64,000 bases of DNA from Campylobacterota bacterium (GCA_051746405.1 JBNJFB010000007.1:1-64000); one strand, 5' to 3'. Counted from the first letter of the stretch, positions 49,053 to 60,549 are shown. Translations and numbers: made by a program. Notes: generated by a model from the letters alone, not told the origin.

Positions 49053-50175
49053 CTATAAACTCCTTTAATCTTGTAAGTACCTCTTTTGTTTTTGTTTCAT
49101 TTTCCACTAAGGCTATTCTTACATAACCCTTTCCAATACCATCTCTTCCAAGGAAACTTCCAGGTAATACTTTGATATTTTTTTGTCTATATAGCTCTTT
49201 TGTAAACTCTAGTTCATCACCAACTTCAAGCCAAATATAAAAGGTTGCTTGTGGTTGCTTGATACCAAGAATCTCTTGGGCTAACTTAAAATTGTTTTTA
49301 TAAACTTTTCTAAACTCATCAACATGCTCTTTATTATTCCAAGCAACAGCAGCTGTTAATTGTAAAGGCTCAGGTAATGCACATCCCACATAAGTTCTAT
49401 ACTTCATATACTCTTTTAAAATATTTGCATCCCCTGCAATAAATCCACTTCTAAGTCCAGGAGCACTACTTCTTTTTGAAATAGAGTTCATAACTAAAAC
49501 ATTTTTAAACTCACTATTTTGTGCTTCAATACTAGCTTCAAGAAGTGAAGCTGGCTTATCATTATCATCAAAGTATATCTCACTATAACACTCATCATTT
49601 ATCAAAATAAAATCATACCTTAAAGCTTTTTTAACCCAAAGGGCAAGCTCTTGCTTTGTCATTTTTGCAGATGTTGGATTATTTGGATAGTTTAAAATCA
49701 CTAAATCACACTTTTGAAGCTCTTGTTCACTTAAATTAGCTTTGAAGTCATTCTCTTTTGTTAAATTTATATGAATAACCTTTGCCTTACTAGCTATTGC
49801 TGCACCCTCATAGATTTGATAAAAAGGGTTTGTAAATGCCATAACTGGCTCTTTTTTATCAAATAGTGCGAACTGAGGAAAGTTAAATAAAACCTCTCTT
49901 GTACCAAAGGTTGGAATAATTTGATTTAACTGTAGTTTTATATCAAACCTGTAATCTACAAAATTTAACATTGCTTGTTTAAGTTCAGGTAACCCAGCAC
50001 TAGCTGGATACTTTTTTAAAGAGCTTGTTGTCTCTTTTAATGTTTGTTGAATAAATTGCGGTGTTTCAAACTTAGGTTCACCTATAGTTAAAGCTGATAA
50101 TTCATACTGTTTATTTGGATTTACACCTTCTAATAAATCACTTAACCTCTCAAAAGGGTATTTTTCAAAATTCAT
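49039..50175 (-). CDS. dapC: Succinyldiaminopimelate transaminase
   Basis: YPFERL, GTREVLF, NPFYQIYEGAA, DECYSEIY, SISKRS. Confidence 0.88.
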   Translation of the reverse strand: MNFEKYPFERLSDLLEGVNPNKQYELSALTIGEPKFETPQFIQQTLKETTSSLKKYPASAGLPELKQAMLNFVDYRFDIKLQLNQIIPTFGTREVLFNFPQFALFDKKEPVMAFTNPFYQIYEGAAIASKAKVIHINLTKENDFKANLSEQELQKCDLVILNYPNNPTSAKMTKQELALWVKKALRYDFILINDECYSEIYFDDNDKPASLLEASIEAQNSEFKNVLVMNSISKRSSAPGLRSGFIAGDANILKEYMKYRTYVGCALPEPLQLTAAVAWNNKEHVDEFRKVYKNNFKLAQEILGIKQPQATFYIWLEVGDELEFTKELYRQKNIKVLPGSFLGRDGIGKGYVRIALVENETKTKEVLTRLKEFIDEQK

Positions 50176-50176
50176 A

Positions 50177-51622
50177 TTATTTATTGTCCTTTCTATTTGA
50201 TTCTACAATAGGTATTAAAAGTTGATTATAAACATTTAAATCAAAAGCTATTACATCAGAGTTTGTATAAAAGAATTTAAAAGAGAATCTTTTTTTAAAC
50301 ATATCTTGTTTCATAGGTAATATTTGAAGCATTTTTTGTTGCTTTTTTAGCTTTCTTATTGGATTTTCATCACTTGAAACTACTTCTATTTTTTCATTAA
50401 ATATTTTTGCTAAGTTTTCAAAATGATCTAAAAGATTACTCTTATCCTCTTCTTGACCTATTGGGTCTAAATCAAAAATCTTTGTTTTTGTTTTAAGTTG
50501 ACTAGCCACATCAAAAACCATTGATGAAATTTGCTCATATGAGTTTGTATCATTTAGCATTACAACTGTATTTTTTATTGATTTTATGCTCTCTTGTCCT
50601 AGTTTAAAAATAGGAGTTTTAAACTCTGTAATAGTAGATATATCCTCTTTATTTTTAAACATCTCATGGGTTAAGATAATCATACCAATATCACTTCGTC
50701 TAAAATCTTCCCTTAAAATTTTAAACAAACCACTGTTTGCATAATCTATTTTTAAAATTATTGAGGGAAAATGTTTTAACTCCTCTTTTATATAGGTCAT
50801 AACTCCAACAGTTGTAGGTCTTGTAATTCTTACTATAAGTTTTCTGTTTTTTAATCTTTGATTTAAAACTTTCACCTCTTGAATAGCTCTTTTTGCACTA
50901 GTTGCTGTTTGCAAATATAAGTCTAAATACAAATATAGGTTATGACCAAAAGGCATGGGAAATTGACCTTGATTTTTACCAATTGCATTAAATACTTGCA
51001 TTAAAACATTTGGTTTACCAATAACTAAAATCAAGTCATTTGGCTTAATTACCGTGGAGGGTTTTGTATTAACTAATTGCTGATTTCTGTAAAGGGCAAA
51101 GATTTTCCACTTTTTTTGCTCTATTGAGCCTATATATCTATAAGCATAAGAACTACCAAAAGGTATCCTAATCTCCATTATTTCACCCTGCTTTAACCCA
51201 ATATTTTGAGCTACTACAGGAATGTTTGGTAACCTCTCAACCATACCATTTGCTAAAACTTCAATACCTTTGTAGATATTTACATAAGCATCATCAACTT
51301 TTATTCCCCAATAGTCTAAAACATTCATTTGAAGATTTTTTTTATGCTCTCTTATATTTCTAATTACACTTAGCATCTCATCTTTAGAGTTAAGTGCAAT
51401 TAAAACTTCAGTATGAATATTTTTATCTAAAACCATTGTAAGCTTTGATTTTGAAGTGGGGTCAAATTTATAAAAAGTAAAATTAGATGGCTTTTGTACA
51501 GGTAAAATCACATCATTCATATAAACTACATCATAAGAGTTATCACCCGTATTAGCTTCAACTATCCTGTGCATTAGTTTTTTAGCTACAATTCCATCTA
51601 ATATAATCAGTATTTTTTTCAT
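50177..51622 (-). CDS. COG3400-like protein with TrkA-C domain
   Basis: FDPTS, IGLKQGEIME, GSSYAYR, GQFPMPFG. Confidence 0.7.
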   Translation of the reverse strand: MKKILIILDGIVAKKLMHRIVEANTGDNSYDVVYMNDVILPVQKPSNFTFYKFDPTSKSKLTMVLDKNIHTEVLIALNSKDEMLSVIRNIREHKKNLQMNVLDYWGIKVDDAYVNIYKGIEVLANGMVERLPNIPVVAQNIGLKQGEIMEIRIPFGSSYAYRYIGSIEQKKWKIFALYRNQQLVNTKPSTVIKPNDLILVIGKPNVLMQVFNAIGKNQGQFPMPFGHNLYLYLDLYLQTATSAKRAIQEVKVLNQRLKNRKLIVRITRPTTVGVMTYIKEELKHFPSIILKIDYANSGLFKILREDFRRSDIGMIILTHEMFKNKEDISTITEFKTPIFKLGQESIKSIKNTVVMLNDTNSYEQISSMVFDVASQLKTKTKIFDLDPIGQEEDKSNLLDHFENLAKIFNEKIEVVSSDENPIRKLKKQQKMLQILPMKQDMFKKRFSFKFFYTNSDVIAFDLNVYNQLLIPIVESNRKDNK

Positions 51623-51745
51623 TTGAGCATTATATCCTAAAGTTTCTAATAGTAGATTTTAACATAGTTATATATTTTCTATAAAGCTAGAACAAATATC
51701 AAGCTAATTTTGATATAATTTCGAAATTTTATAAAAGGTATATAA

Positions 51746-52879
<1,134 letters not shown>

Positions 52880-52883
52880 AGAG

Positions 52884-53036
52884 TTAAGCCTCTTTACTTA
52901 ACTCCTGCTTTTGAATCTGCCCTATTTTATCATTTTCTAAATAGTCATTAACAACTAAAAAAAACAGTGTAAATACAATAATTAGTAAAATAACAAGTGT
53001 TTTATCAATTGAGCCTTTTTTATTTAAAATTTTCAC
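52884..53036 (-). CDS. Unannotated 50-aa small membrane protein
   Basis: AAGGA SD, GTG start; MKILNKKGSIDKTLVILLIIVFTLFFLVVNDYLENDKIGQIQKQELSKEA*. Confidence 0.6.
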   Translation of the reverse strand: MKILNKKGSIDKTLVILLIIVFTLFFLVVNDYLENDKIGQIQKQELSKEA

Positions 53037-53135
53037 ATTAAATCCTTTTAATCATTCTATCAATTTTTTTATTAAAGCCTGTCAAAACTTTATTTAGGTA
53101 AAATACAAAAATATTAAATCTAAGGAATAAGTAAT

Positions 53136-53426
53136 ATGACTGTAGATGATAACCTAATAAAAAAATTATCAACCCTATCTGGTTTAGAAATTGATGAATC
53201 AAGAAAAGAGAATTTAAAGTCCGAGTTAGGAGATATTATTAACTTTGTAGAAAATCTAAATGAGATTGATGTTTCAAATATTGAAGCTACTTTTAATACA
53301 GTTGAGGGTGGAACTTTTTTAAGAGAAGATGAATCAACACAAGATTTAAAAAGATCAAAAGATATTTTAGATAATGCTCCACAAAGTGAAGATGGTTACT
53401 TTGTTGTTCCAAAAATTATTGAATAA
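53136..53426 (+). CDS. gatC: Asp/Glu-tRNA amidotransferase subunit C
   Basis: LRED, NAP, YFVVPKIIE. Confidence 0.93.
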   Translation: MTVDDNLIKKLSTLSGLEIDESRKENLKSELGDIINFVENLNEIDVSNIEATFNTVEGGTFLREDESTQDLKRSKDILDNAPQSEDGYFVVPKIIE

Positions 53427-53485
53427 AATAATAGTTGGATTTAATAAAGATAAATACAAAGCAAAACTTTTATAGTAAACCTCTA

Positions 53486-54535
53486 CTATAGTTTTGCACC
53501 TTTTCTTAAATGCTTCATTCTACTTTTAGCCAACTCTCGCATATCTGTAAATTTATCTTGTTCATCAACAATTTCACTACCAAGAAGTGTTTCAATAGCA
53601 TCTTCTAAAGTAACTATACCCTCAGTTTGGTCGTATCTATCTACCACAATAAAAAGCTGCTCCTTTCTTGATATAAACAAATCTATAAGTTTTGAAATAG
53701 GTATATTTTCATAAACACTAAAAACAGGCTTTATTATCTTAGATTTATCCTGCAAATTATCTTCTATATACTCTAAAAAGTACTCTTTTGAAAAAAGAAC
53801 TCCTGTTATACTATCAATATTTGTACTATAAACAGGTATTCGTGAATGTTGCATAAGCTTTACAAAATCTAGTTTTTCATCTTTTGACTCTAAGCTTTGT
53901 ATCACCTCATCTTCACTAAAACTTTCAACCACACTTCTTGGAGTATGAATATCTTTTACCTTGATATTCTCTAAATTTAAAAGATTATTTATGATATTAC
54001 TATCTTTGTTTTTAATTATTCCATCTTTTAAAGCAATATTAGTAGCAGCTGTAATCTCCTCTTTTGTAATCTTGTTTTTATTTTCATTTGTAGTTATAAA
54101 ACTAGTGATTTTACTCATTACAAATAGTAAAGGATATGTGATAAAAACTAAAAAACTAATAACTCTTGTACTAAAACCACTAAGTGCTTTCCAATAGTAA
54201 GCCCCTATTGTTTTTGGAATTATTTCAGAAAACACTAAAATAAGTATAGTCAAAATAGCAGATATATAAAACATATACTCTTGTCCAAACAGTTTAACAG
54301 CCTCAGCCCCCACTCCAGCTGCTCCTAATGTATGTGCAAAGGTATTTAAAGTAAGAATTGAACCAATAGAGTAATCAATACCATCTTGTTGCTTTTGCAT
54401 TAAGCTACCAAGTGATTTATTTTTGTTTTTAGTTACTTCCACATGAGCTTTATCAATAGAGAGTAAAACAGCCTCTAAAATTGAACATAAGAAAGATACA
54501 CCAACAGCAATAAAAAAATAAATGAACATCAACAT
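53486..54535 (-). CDS. CNNM/DUF21 plus CBS-domain protein
   Basis: SFLCSILEA, SEIIPKT, HSRIPV, GIVTLED. Confidence 0.9.
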   Translation of the reverse strand: MLMFIYFFIAVGVSFLCSILEAVLLSIDKAHVEVTKNKNKSLGSLMQKQQDGIDYSIGSILTLNTFAHTLGAAGVGAEAVKLFGQEYMFYISAILTILILVFSEIIPKTIGAYYWKALSGFSTRVISFLVFITYPLLFVMSKITSFITTNENKNKITKEEITAATNIALKDGIIKNKDSNIINNLLNLENIKVKDIHTPRSVVESFSEDEVIQSLESKDEKLDFVKLMQHSRIPVYSTNIDSITGVLFSKEYFLEYIEDNLQDKSKIIKPVFSVYENIPISKLIDLFISRKEQLFIVVDRYDQTEGIVTLEDAIETLLGSEIVDEQDKFTDMRELAKSRMKHLRKGAKL

Positions 54536-54646
54536 AAAACTAACCTTGTCAAATAAAATATTAAAGCAATAATATCATCTTTTTATTTTCTTTTGACAAA
54601 AAAGCACTAAAAAGTTAAAATATTCAACTTATTTCAAGGAATTAAA

Positions 54647-54934
54647 ATGAAAAGTGAAGATATAAAAAAAGAGTTTGCAAAAGTTATTAGAAATGCGAAA
54701 ATATCAGCTGGTATTTTCTTTATTCTTTTTGTACCAAGCTTAATCTTAACAATAACAGGAGAAACTGAACTATTCTCAATGTCAAAAGATATATGGCTAA
54801 ATGCTTCAATTGCTGGGTTTGTAATCTATATAGGTTTTGTATTTTTATTATGGAAATGCCCTAATTGTGGAAAATACCCTGGTAGAGGATGGTTTAGAAA
54901 AAACTGTAAGAATTGTAATGTGGAGTTAAATTAA
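54647..54934 (+). CDS. Small two-TM protein with C-terminal zinc ribbon
   Basis: Two hydrophobic helices; WKCPNCG...CKNC. Confidence 0.75.
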   Translation: MKSEDIKKEFAKVIRNAKISAGIFFILFVPSLILTITGETELFSMSKDIWLNASIAGFVIYIGFVFLLWKCPNCGKYPGRGWFRKNCKNCNVELN

Positions 54935-54942
54935 GAAAATTA

Positions 54943-54969
54943 AAAACAAGACTTACTAAGTCTTGTTTT
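54943..54969. terminator. Bidirectional terminator
   Basis: AAAACAAGACTTA-C-TAAGTCTTGTTTT. Confidence 0.75.
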
Positions 54970-54978
54970 AAACTATAG

Positions 54979-55188
54979 TTATACTGAACTATTATTCTCT
55001 AGATTTTTAGGAGTACACTTTTTAGAGATTATACATACAGGGCAGAAATCTACAAGTCCCGCAATTAAAGGTATAATACCTAGATAAAACCATGCTATTC
55101 CTGTAAAAAATCCAACTGCTATTAAAACAATACCTAAAACAATTCTAAATGGCCTACAAAATGCTCTTATTTTGTCATAAATATTCAT
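54979..55188 (-). CDS. DUF2892 (YgaP-like) membrane protein
   Basis: RIVLGI...GIIPLIAGLVDFCP. Confidence 0.8.
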   Translation of the reverse strand: MNIYDKIRAFCRPFRIVLGIVLIAVGFFTGIAWFYLGIIPLIAGLVDFCPVCIISKKCTPKNLENNSSV

Positions 55189-55283
55189 TATAAATCCTTT
55201 TAATTATACTTATATTAATTTATCTTATTAAAACTATAATACTATTATTAGTTTAATTTATACTTAAATAAAAATAAAATAGA

Positions 55284-55985
55284 TTAAAAAAGCACTTCTT
55301 TTACACTTTTTTCAATATTTATCTCTTCTTCATTAATACTTGATTGATATACTAAAACCTCAACACCCTCATGCCTTACTTTATCAAAAGTTTCTTTATA
55401 TTTTTTATCTATATCTTTAGCAATATCAAAAGGTAGATTATCGGTTCTTTGTATAATATAAAGCATTACAGCCCTATGTCCATCTTTTATCATATCACTT
55501 AATTCATTTAAATGTTTTTCACCTCTTTTTGTAACCGCATCGGGAAAAGCTAGTCTATCTTCAAGCCTTAAACTTACACTTTTCACCTCAACAAAACATT
55601 TTTTCTCACTATTGTTATTTGACAATAAAATATCAATTCTACTATTTTTACCATACTTTTGTTCAGGTGTTAACTTATCATAGCCTTGTAACTCCTTTAT
55701 AGTACCGTTTTGCACTGCTTCAATGGCTATTTTATTTGCAACATTTGTATTAGTACAGATAAGATTATCTCCTATTTTTGTTAATTGAAGTGTATATTTT
55801 AGTTTTCTTTTTGGATTATCATGAAAGGTAACCCATACAGGACAGTTATTTTCAATACATGAAGTCATAGCACCACTATTTGGTACATGAGCTGTAATCT
55901 CTTCACCACTTTGTAATACTATATCTGCTAAAAACCTTTTATATCTTTTTATTAAATTTCCCTTATATAGTTTTTCAAATTTCAT
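55284..55985 (-). CDS. sfsA: SfsA DNA/RNA nuclease
   Basis: RYKRFLAD, HVPNSG, SRID, VEVKSV, FPDAVTKRG. Confidence 0.94.
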   Translation of the reverse strand: MKFEKLYKGNLIKRYKRFLADIVLQSGEEITAHVPNSGAMTSCIENNCPVWVTFHDNPKRKLKYTLQLTKIGDNLICTNTNVANKIAIEAVQNGTIKELQGYDKLTPEQKYGKNSRIDILLSNNNSEKKCFVEVKSVSLRLEDRLAFPDAVTKRGEKHLNELSDMIKDGHRAVMLYIIQRTDNLPFDIAKDIDKKYKETFDKVRHEGVEVLVYQSSINEEEINIEKSVKEVLF

Positions 55986-56075
55986 TTGCTACCTTTTCAT
56001 TTTTAAGCTATTATACAAAATTTCTAATTTTATAAAAATATGTTATTATTAATAAAAATAAGATAGAGTGAAAAC

Positions 56076-56891
56076 ATGGAAAATATAAAAGATTTAGTAG
56101 AAGTTTTACCAAACCCAAATAGTGAACTTTATGAACTTTTTTTATTAAAAGATGAAAAACTAGATATGGATAAACTAATAAGAATAGTAGAAAAAAATCC
56201 TTTTTTAGTAAATAGAGTTTTATATCTAGCAAACTCTAGATATTTTGGTTTTTCATACAAAATTCACTCACCAAGTAAAGCAATAAATCTTTATGGTATA
56301 AACTTTTGTGTTTCTATATGTATAAGCCAACTAGTTATTGATTCACTAAAGTTTGATTTAAAAGCATATAGTATGGGCTTTTTAGAGTTTAGAAGACATT
56401 TAGATATCTCTTTAAAATTTATTTTTGAATTTTTAGATGAGAGTGAAGCTTGGTTAAAAGAAGAGCTTATTATTCCTTTATTTTTACAGCATATTGGCAA
56501 GTTTATCATCTCATCATATTTACAAATAAAAGCCAAAATGGACTATTTTAAAACCCAAGCAGATATATCAAGTATTCATGTAGCAGAGTATAAAGCTACA
56601 AGATATAACTCAAATGAAATAAGCTACGAAATATTAAAAAAATGGGGATTCCCTAATAACTACTTAGAAGATATCAACTCTACAATTGATACAAAAAACT
56701 ACAAGACAACTAGAGTAACTCAAGCTTTAAATATAGTAAATACACTTTTTGAATTGAAAAATACATTAACAGAAACTTCAATAAGTACAACAATATCTAA
56801 AATAAAAGAGTATGATTTTGATTTAGAGAGATTTAAAAAATTAGTTACAAAATATAGAAACGAATATTATAAGGCAGATTTAAATGGATAG
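56076..56891 (+). CDS. HDOD-domain protein
   Basis: LP, LANSRYFGF, AINLYG, degenerate LQHIGK, KWGFP. Confidence 0.85.
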   Translation: MENIKDLVEVLPNPNSELYELFLLKDEKLDMDKLIRIVEKNPFLVNRVLYLANSRYFGFSYKIHSPSKAINLYGINFCVSICISQLVIDSLKFDLKAYSMGFLEFRRHLDISLKFIFEFLDESEAWLKEELIIPLFLQHIGKFIISSYLQIKAKMDYFKTQADISSIHVAEYKATRYNSNEISYEILKKWGFPNNYLEDINSTIDTKNYKTTRVTQALNIVNTLFELKNTLTETSISTTISKIKEYDFDLERFKKLVTKYRNEYYKADLNG

Positions 56892-57996
56892 CATGGAACA
56901 TATAATGAAACTAAAAGAGATTGCAAAAGAGTATGATATTCTTTTTGTAGAAGATAGCATTGAATTACAAGCACAAGTTAATAAGTTTTTAAAAAAGCTT
57001 TTTAGAAATGTCTATGTGGCCTGTGATGGATATCAAGGTTTACAAATGTATAAAAAACATACTCCAAAACTTATATTAACAGATTTAACTATGCCAAAAA
57101 TGAGTGGCCATGAAATGATAAGAGAGATAAAAAAAATAAATCCAGATATAGAAATAGTGATTTTATCAGCCCATTCAGATAGCGATACATTAATGAAATC
57201 CTTTCATATAGGAGTTACAGATTTTATATCAAAACCTGTAAATGCACCTAAGATGATAGCAACATTTTTAAAAGTATTGTCCAATTTAAAAAGAAAAGAG
57301 TCAAATCAAAATAGAAAAGATTTTAATAAAATGAAAAGTAATGAAGATATTTTAAAGGTTCACTTAGAAAATGAAATAACTCTTGACATAATAAACCACT
57401 ACAAAAAAGTACCTATTATAAATGAGGGACATATTAAAAAAATCGAAGATAATGAGATAACAATAAAAACTACATATGCTCAACTACTTGCAATAAAAGA
57501 TGAAAATATAACTATACTAGACTCTTCACTTGTTAATGAAAATATAAAGTGTGAATTAATAGAGATTAATTATAACTCATATGAAGCAAAATTGAAAAAA
57601 GTAGATACTTTTTTTCCTGAAGTAAAAGATAAAAATGAACTTGTAGTAGAACCTGACAATAAGACAAAAGGATATATTACCTTAAAAAAAGGTGAACATG
57701 AAGTTACACTAAAAGCTATCTCCCAAAAAGAGATTATAATAAATATTCAAAAAGAGGATTTTGAGTTTGAAAAACATGATAAAGTAAACTTTAAAATAGT
57801 ATTTACAAATGATTCTACTGAACATAAGCCAATCTATACTATACAATTAGATGCCACTATTTTCAAAATAGATGAAAGTTCTAACAAGGGAGTTGACTTA
57901 GTACTTTTAATTAAAGAAAACGATAAAATAAAGAAGTTCACTTATACAAGAGAGACTCAAATAATTGAAGAGTTTAAAAGAAAGTTCTTGGATTAA
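56884..57996 (+). CDS. Response regulator with degenerate PilZ-like C-terminus
   Basis: REC (VED, TDLTMP, KP); the C-terminal assignment is tentative. Confidence 0.75.
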   Translation: MDSMEHIMKLKEIAKEYDILFVEDSIELQAQVNKFLKKLFRNVYVACDGYQGLQMYKKHTPKLILTDLTMPKMSGHEMIREIKKINPDIEIVILSAHSDSDTLMKSFHIGVTDFISKPVNAPKMIATFLKVLSNLKRKESNQNRKDFNKMKSNEDILKVHLENEITLDIINHYKKVPIINEGHIKKIEDNEITIKTTYAQLLAIKDENITILDSSLVNENIKCELIEINYNSYEAKLKKVDTFFPEVKDKNELVVEPDNKTKGYITLKKGEHEVTLKAISQKEIIINIQKEDFEFEKHDKVNFKIVFTNDSTEHKPIYTIQLDATIFKIDESSNKGVDLVLLIKENDKIKKFTYTRETQIIEEFKRKFLD

Positions 57997-57999
57997 GAT

Positions 58000-60234
58000 A
58001 TGAATACTCTTAATTTAAAACAAGTAAAAAGAGGCTTTTTATTTTTAGTTTTTATTTTAATATCTGTTGCAACATACTATATTTTAGATTATCAAGAAAA
58101 AACTATGCAAAGTAACAAAAAACTATTTTATAACTCAATTTTTCAAGAAGCACAAACACATTTTGAATACTTCAAAGTATTTAGATCTTGGAACTCAAGC
58201 TATAATGGAATCTATGTAAAAAAATCAGAAGATATAAAACCAAATAAATATTTAAAAAACAATAAACTACTAACAAAAGATAATGAGACTTTAATAAAAA
58301 TCAATCCAGCATGGATGACAAGACAAATATCAAACTTAATGAATGATGTATCACAATACAACTATAAAATCACTAGCCTAAAGCCACTAAATCCCCAAAA
58401 CAAAGCCATAGGATTTGAAAAAGAAGCTTTAAAATATCTAGAAAAGAATAAAAATAAAGACTACTATACAAAAATAGATGAAAAAAATGAGTCTCTTAAT
58501 TTTATGGGTAAGCTAATAGTAAAAGAGTCATGTCTTTCATGTCATGCATCCCAAGGATATAAATTAGGAGAGATAAGAGGAGGAATTAGAGTTAGTGTAC
58601 CACTTGATATATACAAAGAAAATATTAAAGTACTAGAAGAGTCCCATAAATTCCATGTTCTACTAGTACTATATTTTGGTCTAATTATATTTACAATAAT
58701 TTACTATGTGGTAACTAAAATATATAAAAATGAAATCTACTTAAGGGATTTAAAAAATGAATATAAACATCTATATGATAGATATGACTATGCTGTTGCT
58801 GGTTCTAAACTTGGACTTTGGGATTGGAATTTAAAAACAGATGAGATTTATTTTTCTAAAATCTGGAAAGAGATGTTAGGTTTTAAAGATGATGAACTAC
58901 CAAATGAGTTCTCCTCATGGGAACAAAGACTTCATTTAGAAGATAGACAAAAAGCCATAATGGAAATTCAAGCAAACCAAAACAATGAAACAGAGTTTTA
59001 TGAAAATGTTTATAGGCTAAGACATAAAGATGGCTCATGGGTGTGGATTTTAGATAAAGGAAAAACCATATTTGATGAAAATGGAAATCCTATTAGAATG
59101 CTTGGATTTCATGCAAATATTACCAAAATACAAAAACTAAAAGAGGAGTTAAGTAAACTAAAACTAGCTATAGAACACTCCCCTATTTCAATAGTTATTA
59201 CTAATAAAGAAGGCGAGATTGAGTATGTAAATCCACACTTTAGTAAAATATCAGGATATAGTTTTAATGAAGCAAAAGGCGAAAATCCAAGAGTTTTAAA
59301 ATCAAAATTCACCTCTTCGCATGAGTATGAAGAGCTATGGAAAAGCTTAATATCAAAAAAGACTTGGCAAGGCACCTTTAAAAATATAACAAAAGAGGGT
59401 AAAGAGTTCTGGGAGACTGCTATTATAACTCCTATTTTAGATAATAATGATAACATAAGCCATTATTTAGCAATAAAACAAGAGATAACAAAAGAGATAT
59501 ACCTAAAACAAGAACTTAAAAACAAAGAAGAGTTAATGATTGCTCAATCAAGACATGCTGCAATGGGTGAAATGATATCTATGATAGCACATCAATGGAG
59601 ACAACCAATTTCAGTTATATCAATGGCTGCAAATAATATTCTTGCCGATATACAATTAGATATGGTTGATAATGATGAACTTAGAGAAAATACTGAATCA
59701 ATGATTCAACAAACAACTTACTTATCTCAAACAATTGAAGACTTTAGAGACTTTTTTAGACCAAATAAAAGCAAAGAGATAACCACCCCTAAAAAAGTTT
59801 TAGATGAGTCTTTAAAAATTATGGATAAAGCCTTAGAAAACAATGATATAGAAGTAGAACTAACTAAAAATGAAAATCATGAAATATCTATTTACTCAAG
59901 GGAGTTACTACAAGTATTTTTAAATATTTTAAAAAATGCAAAAGAAGCCCTTCAAAACAATAAAAAAGACAATAGAGTAATTAAAATAGAAATAACAAAA
60001 AAAGATAAAGTAAGTAGAACAATCATGAAAGATAATGCAGGTGGAATTAAAAATGAGATATTAGATAAAATTTTTGACCCATACTTTAGTACAAAAAATG
60101 AAAAAAGTGGTACAGGATTAGGTCTTTATATGTGTAAAACTATAATAGAGAAACATTTCAATGGGGAAATTGGAGTTTACAACGATAAACAAGGTGCATG
60201 CTTTTATATAGATATACCTTTGCATGAAGAGTAG
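58000..60234 (+). CDS. Sensor histidine kinase: DUF3365/Tll0287-like heme c domain plus two PAS domains
   Basis: INPAWMTR, SLKPLNPQN, CLSCH, GEIRGG; PAS (GLWDW; YVNP...GENPRVL); AHQWRQP. Confidence 0.9.
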   Translation: MNTLNLKQVKRGFLFLVFILISVATYYILDYQEKTMQSNKKLFYNSIFQEAQTHFEYFKVFRSWNSSYNGIYVKKSEDIKPNKYLKNNKLLTKDNETLIKINPAWMTRQISNLMNDVSQYNYKITSLKPLNPQNKAIGFEKEALKYLEKNKNKDYYTKIDEKNESLNFMGKLIVKESCLSCHASQGYKLGEIRGGIRVSVPLDIYKENIKVLEESHKFHVLLVLYFGLIIFTIIYYVVTKIYKNEIYLRDLKNEYKHLYDRYDYAVAGSKLGLWDWNLKTDEIYFSKIWKEMLGFKDDELPNEFSSWEQRLHLEDRQKAIMEIQANQNNETEFYENVYRLRHKDGSWVWILDKGKTIFDENGNPIRMLGFHANITKIQKLKEELSKLKLAIEHSPISIVITNKEGEIEYVNPHFSKISGYSFNEAKGENPRVLKSKFTSSHEYEELWKSLISKKTWQGTFKNITKEGKEFWETAIITPILDNNDNISHYLAIKQEITKEIYLKQELKNKEELMIAQSRHAAMGEMISMIAHQWRQPISVISMAANNILADIQLDMVDNDELRENTESMIQQTTYLSQTIEDFRDFFRPNKSKEITTPKKVLDESLKIMDKALENNDIEVELTKNENHEISIYSRELLQVFLNILKNAKEALQNNKKDNRVIKIEITKKDKVSRTIMKDNAGGIKNEILDKIFDPYFSTKNEKSGTGLGLYMCKTIIEKHFNGEIGVYNDKQGACFYIDIPLHEE

Positions 60235-60250
60235 TTTATCTTCATGCAAA
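60219..60250. terminator. Hairpin between convergent genes
   Basis: TTTGCATGAAGA-N8-TCTTCATGCAAA. Confidence 0.6.
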
Positions 60251-60256
60251 AGTTTC

Positions 60257-60549
60257 TTATAAACCCTCTAAAAGTATTTTAAAACCTAATATTATTAGAA
60301 TTATTCCACCTAGATATTCAGCCTTGTCCTCCAAATAACCTCCTAATAACTTACCTACATAAACTGCAACTATACATAATACTAAAGTTATAATAGTTAT
60401 TAAGCTAACTGCATACCAAATATCTACTTGCGAAAATGAAAAAGTAATACCAACTGCTAAAGCATCAATACTAGTAGCTACTGCTAAAACTAAAAGAGTC
60501 TTATTTTTTAAATCTTTAACTTCCTAATTGCTATTAAAATTAACTCCAA
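60257..60549 (-). pseudogene. mntP: Internally deleted manganese efflux pump MntP
   Basis: TTG start MELILIAI, then out of frame; another frame reads EVKDLKNKTLLVLAVATSIDALAVG...KAEYLGGIILIILGFKILLEGL*. Confidence 0.8.

Noticed and set aside
52980..53036. Type IV prepilin signal in the microprotein (KKG/S)
   Set aside because: No Phe+1 or Glu+5, and charged residues follow the Gly.
54546..54599. TTGTCAAA...TTTGACAA inverted repeat upstream of the CNNM gene as an RNA switch
   Set aside because: A likely -10 (TGaTATTAT) lies between the arms, so the transcript would carry only one arm.
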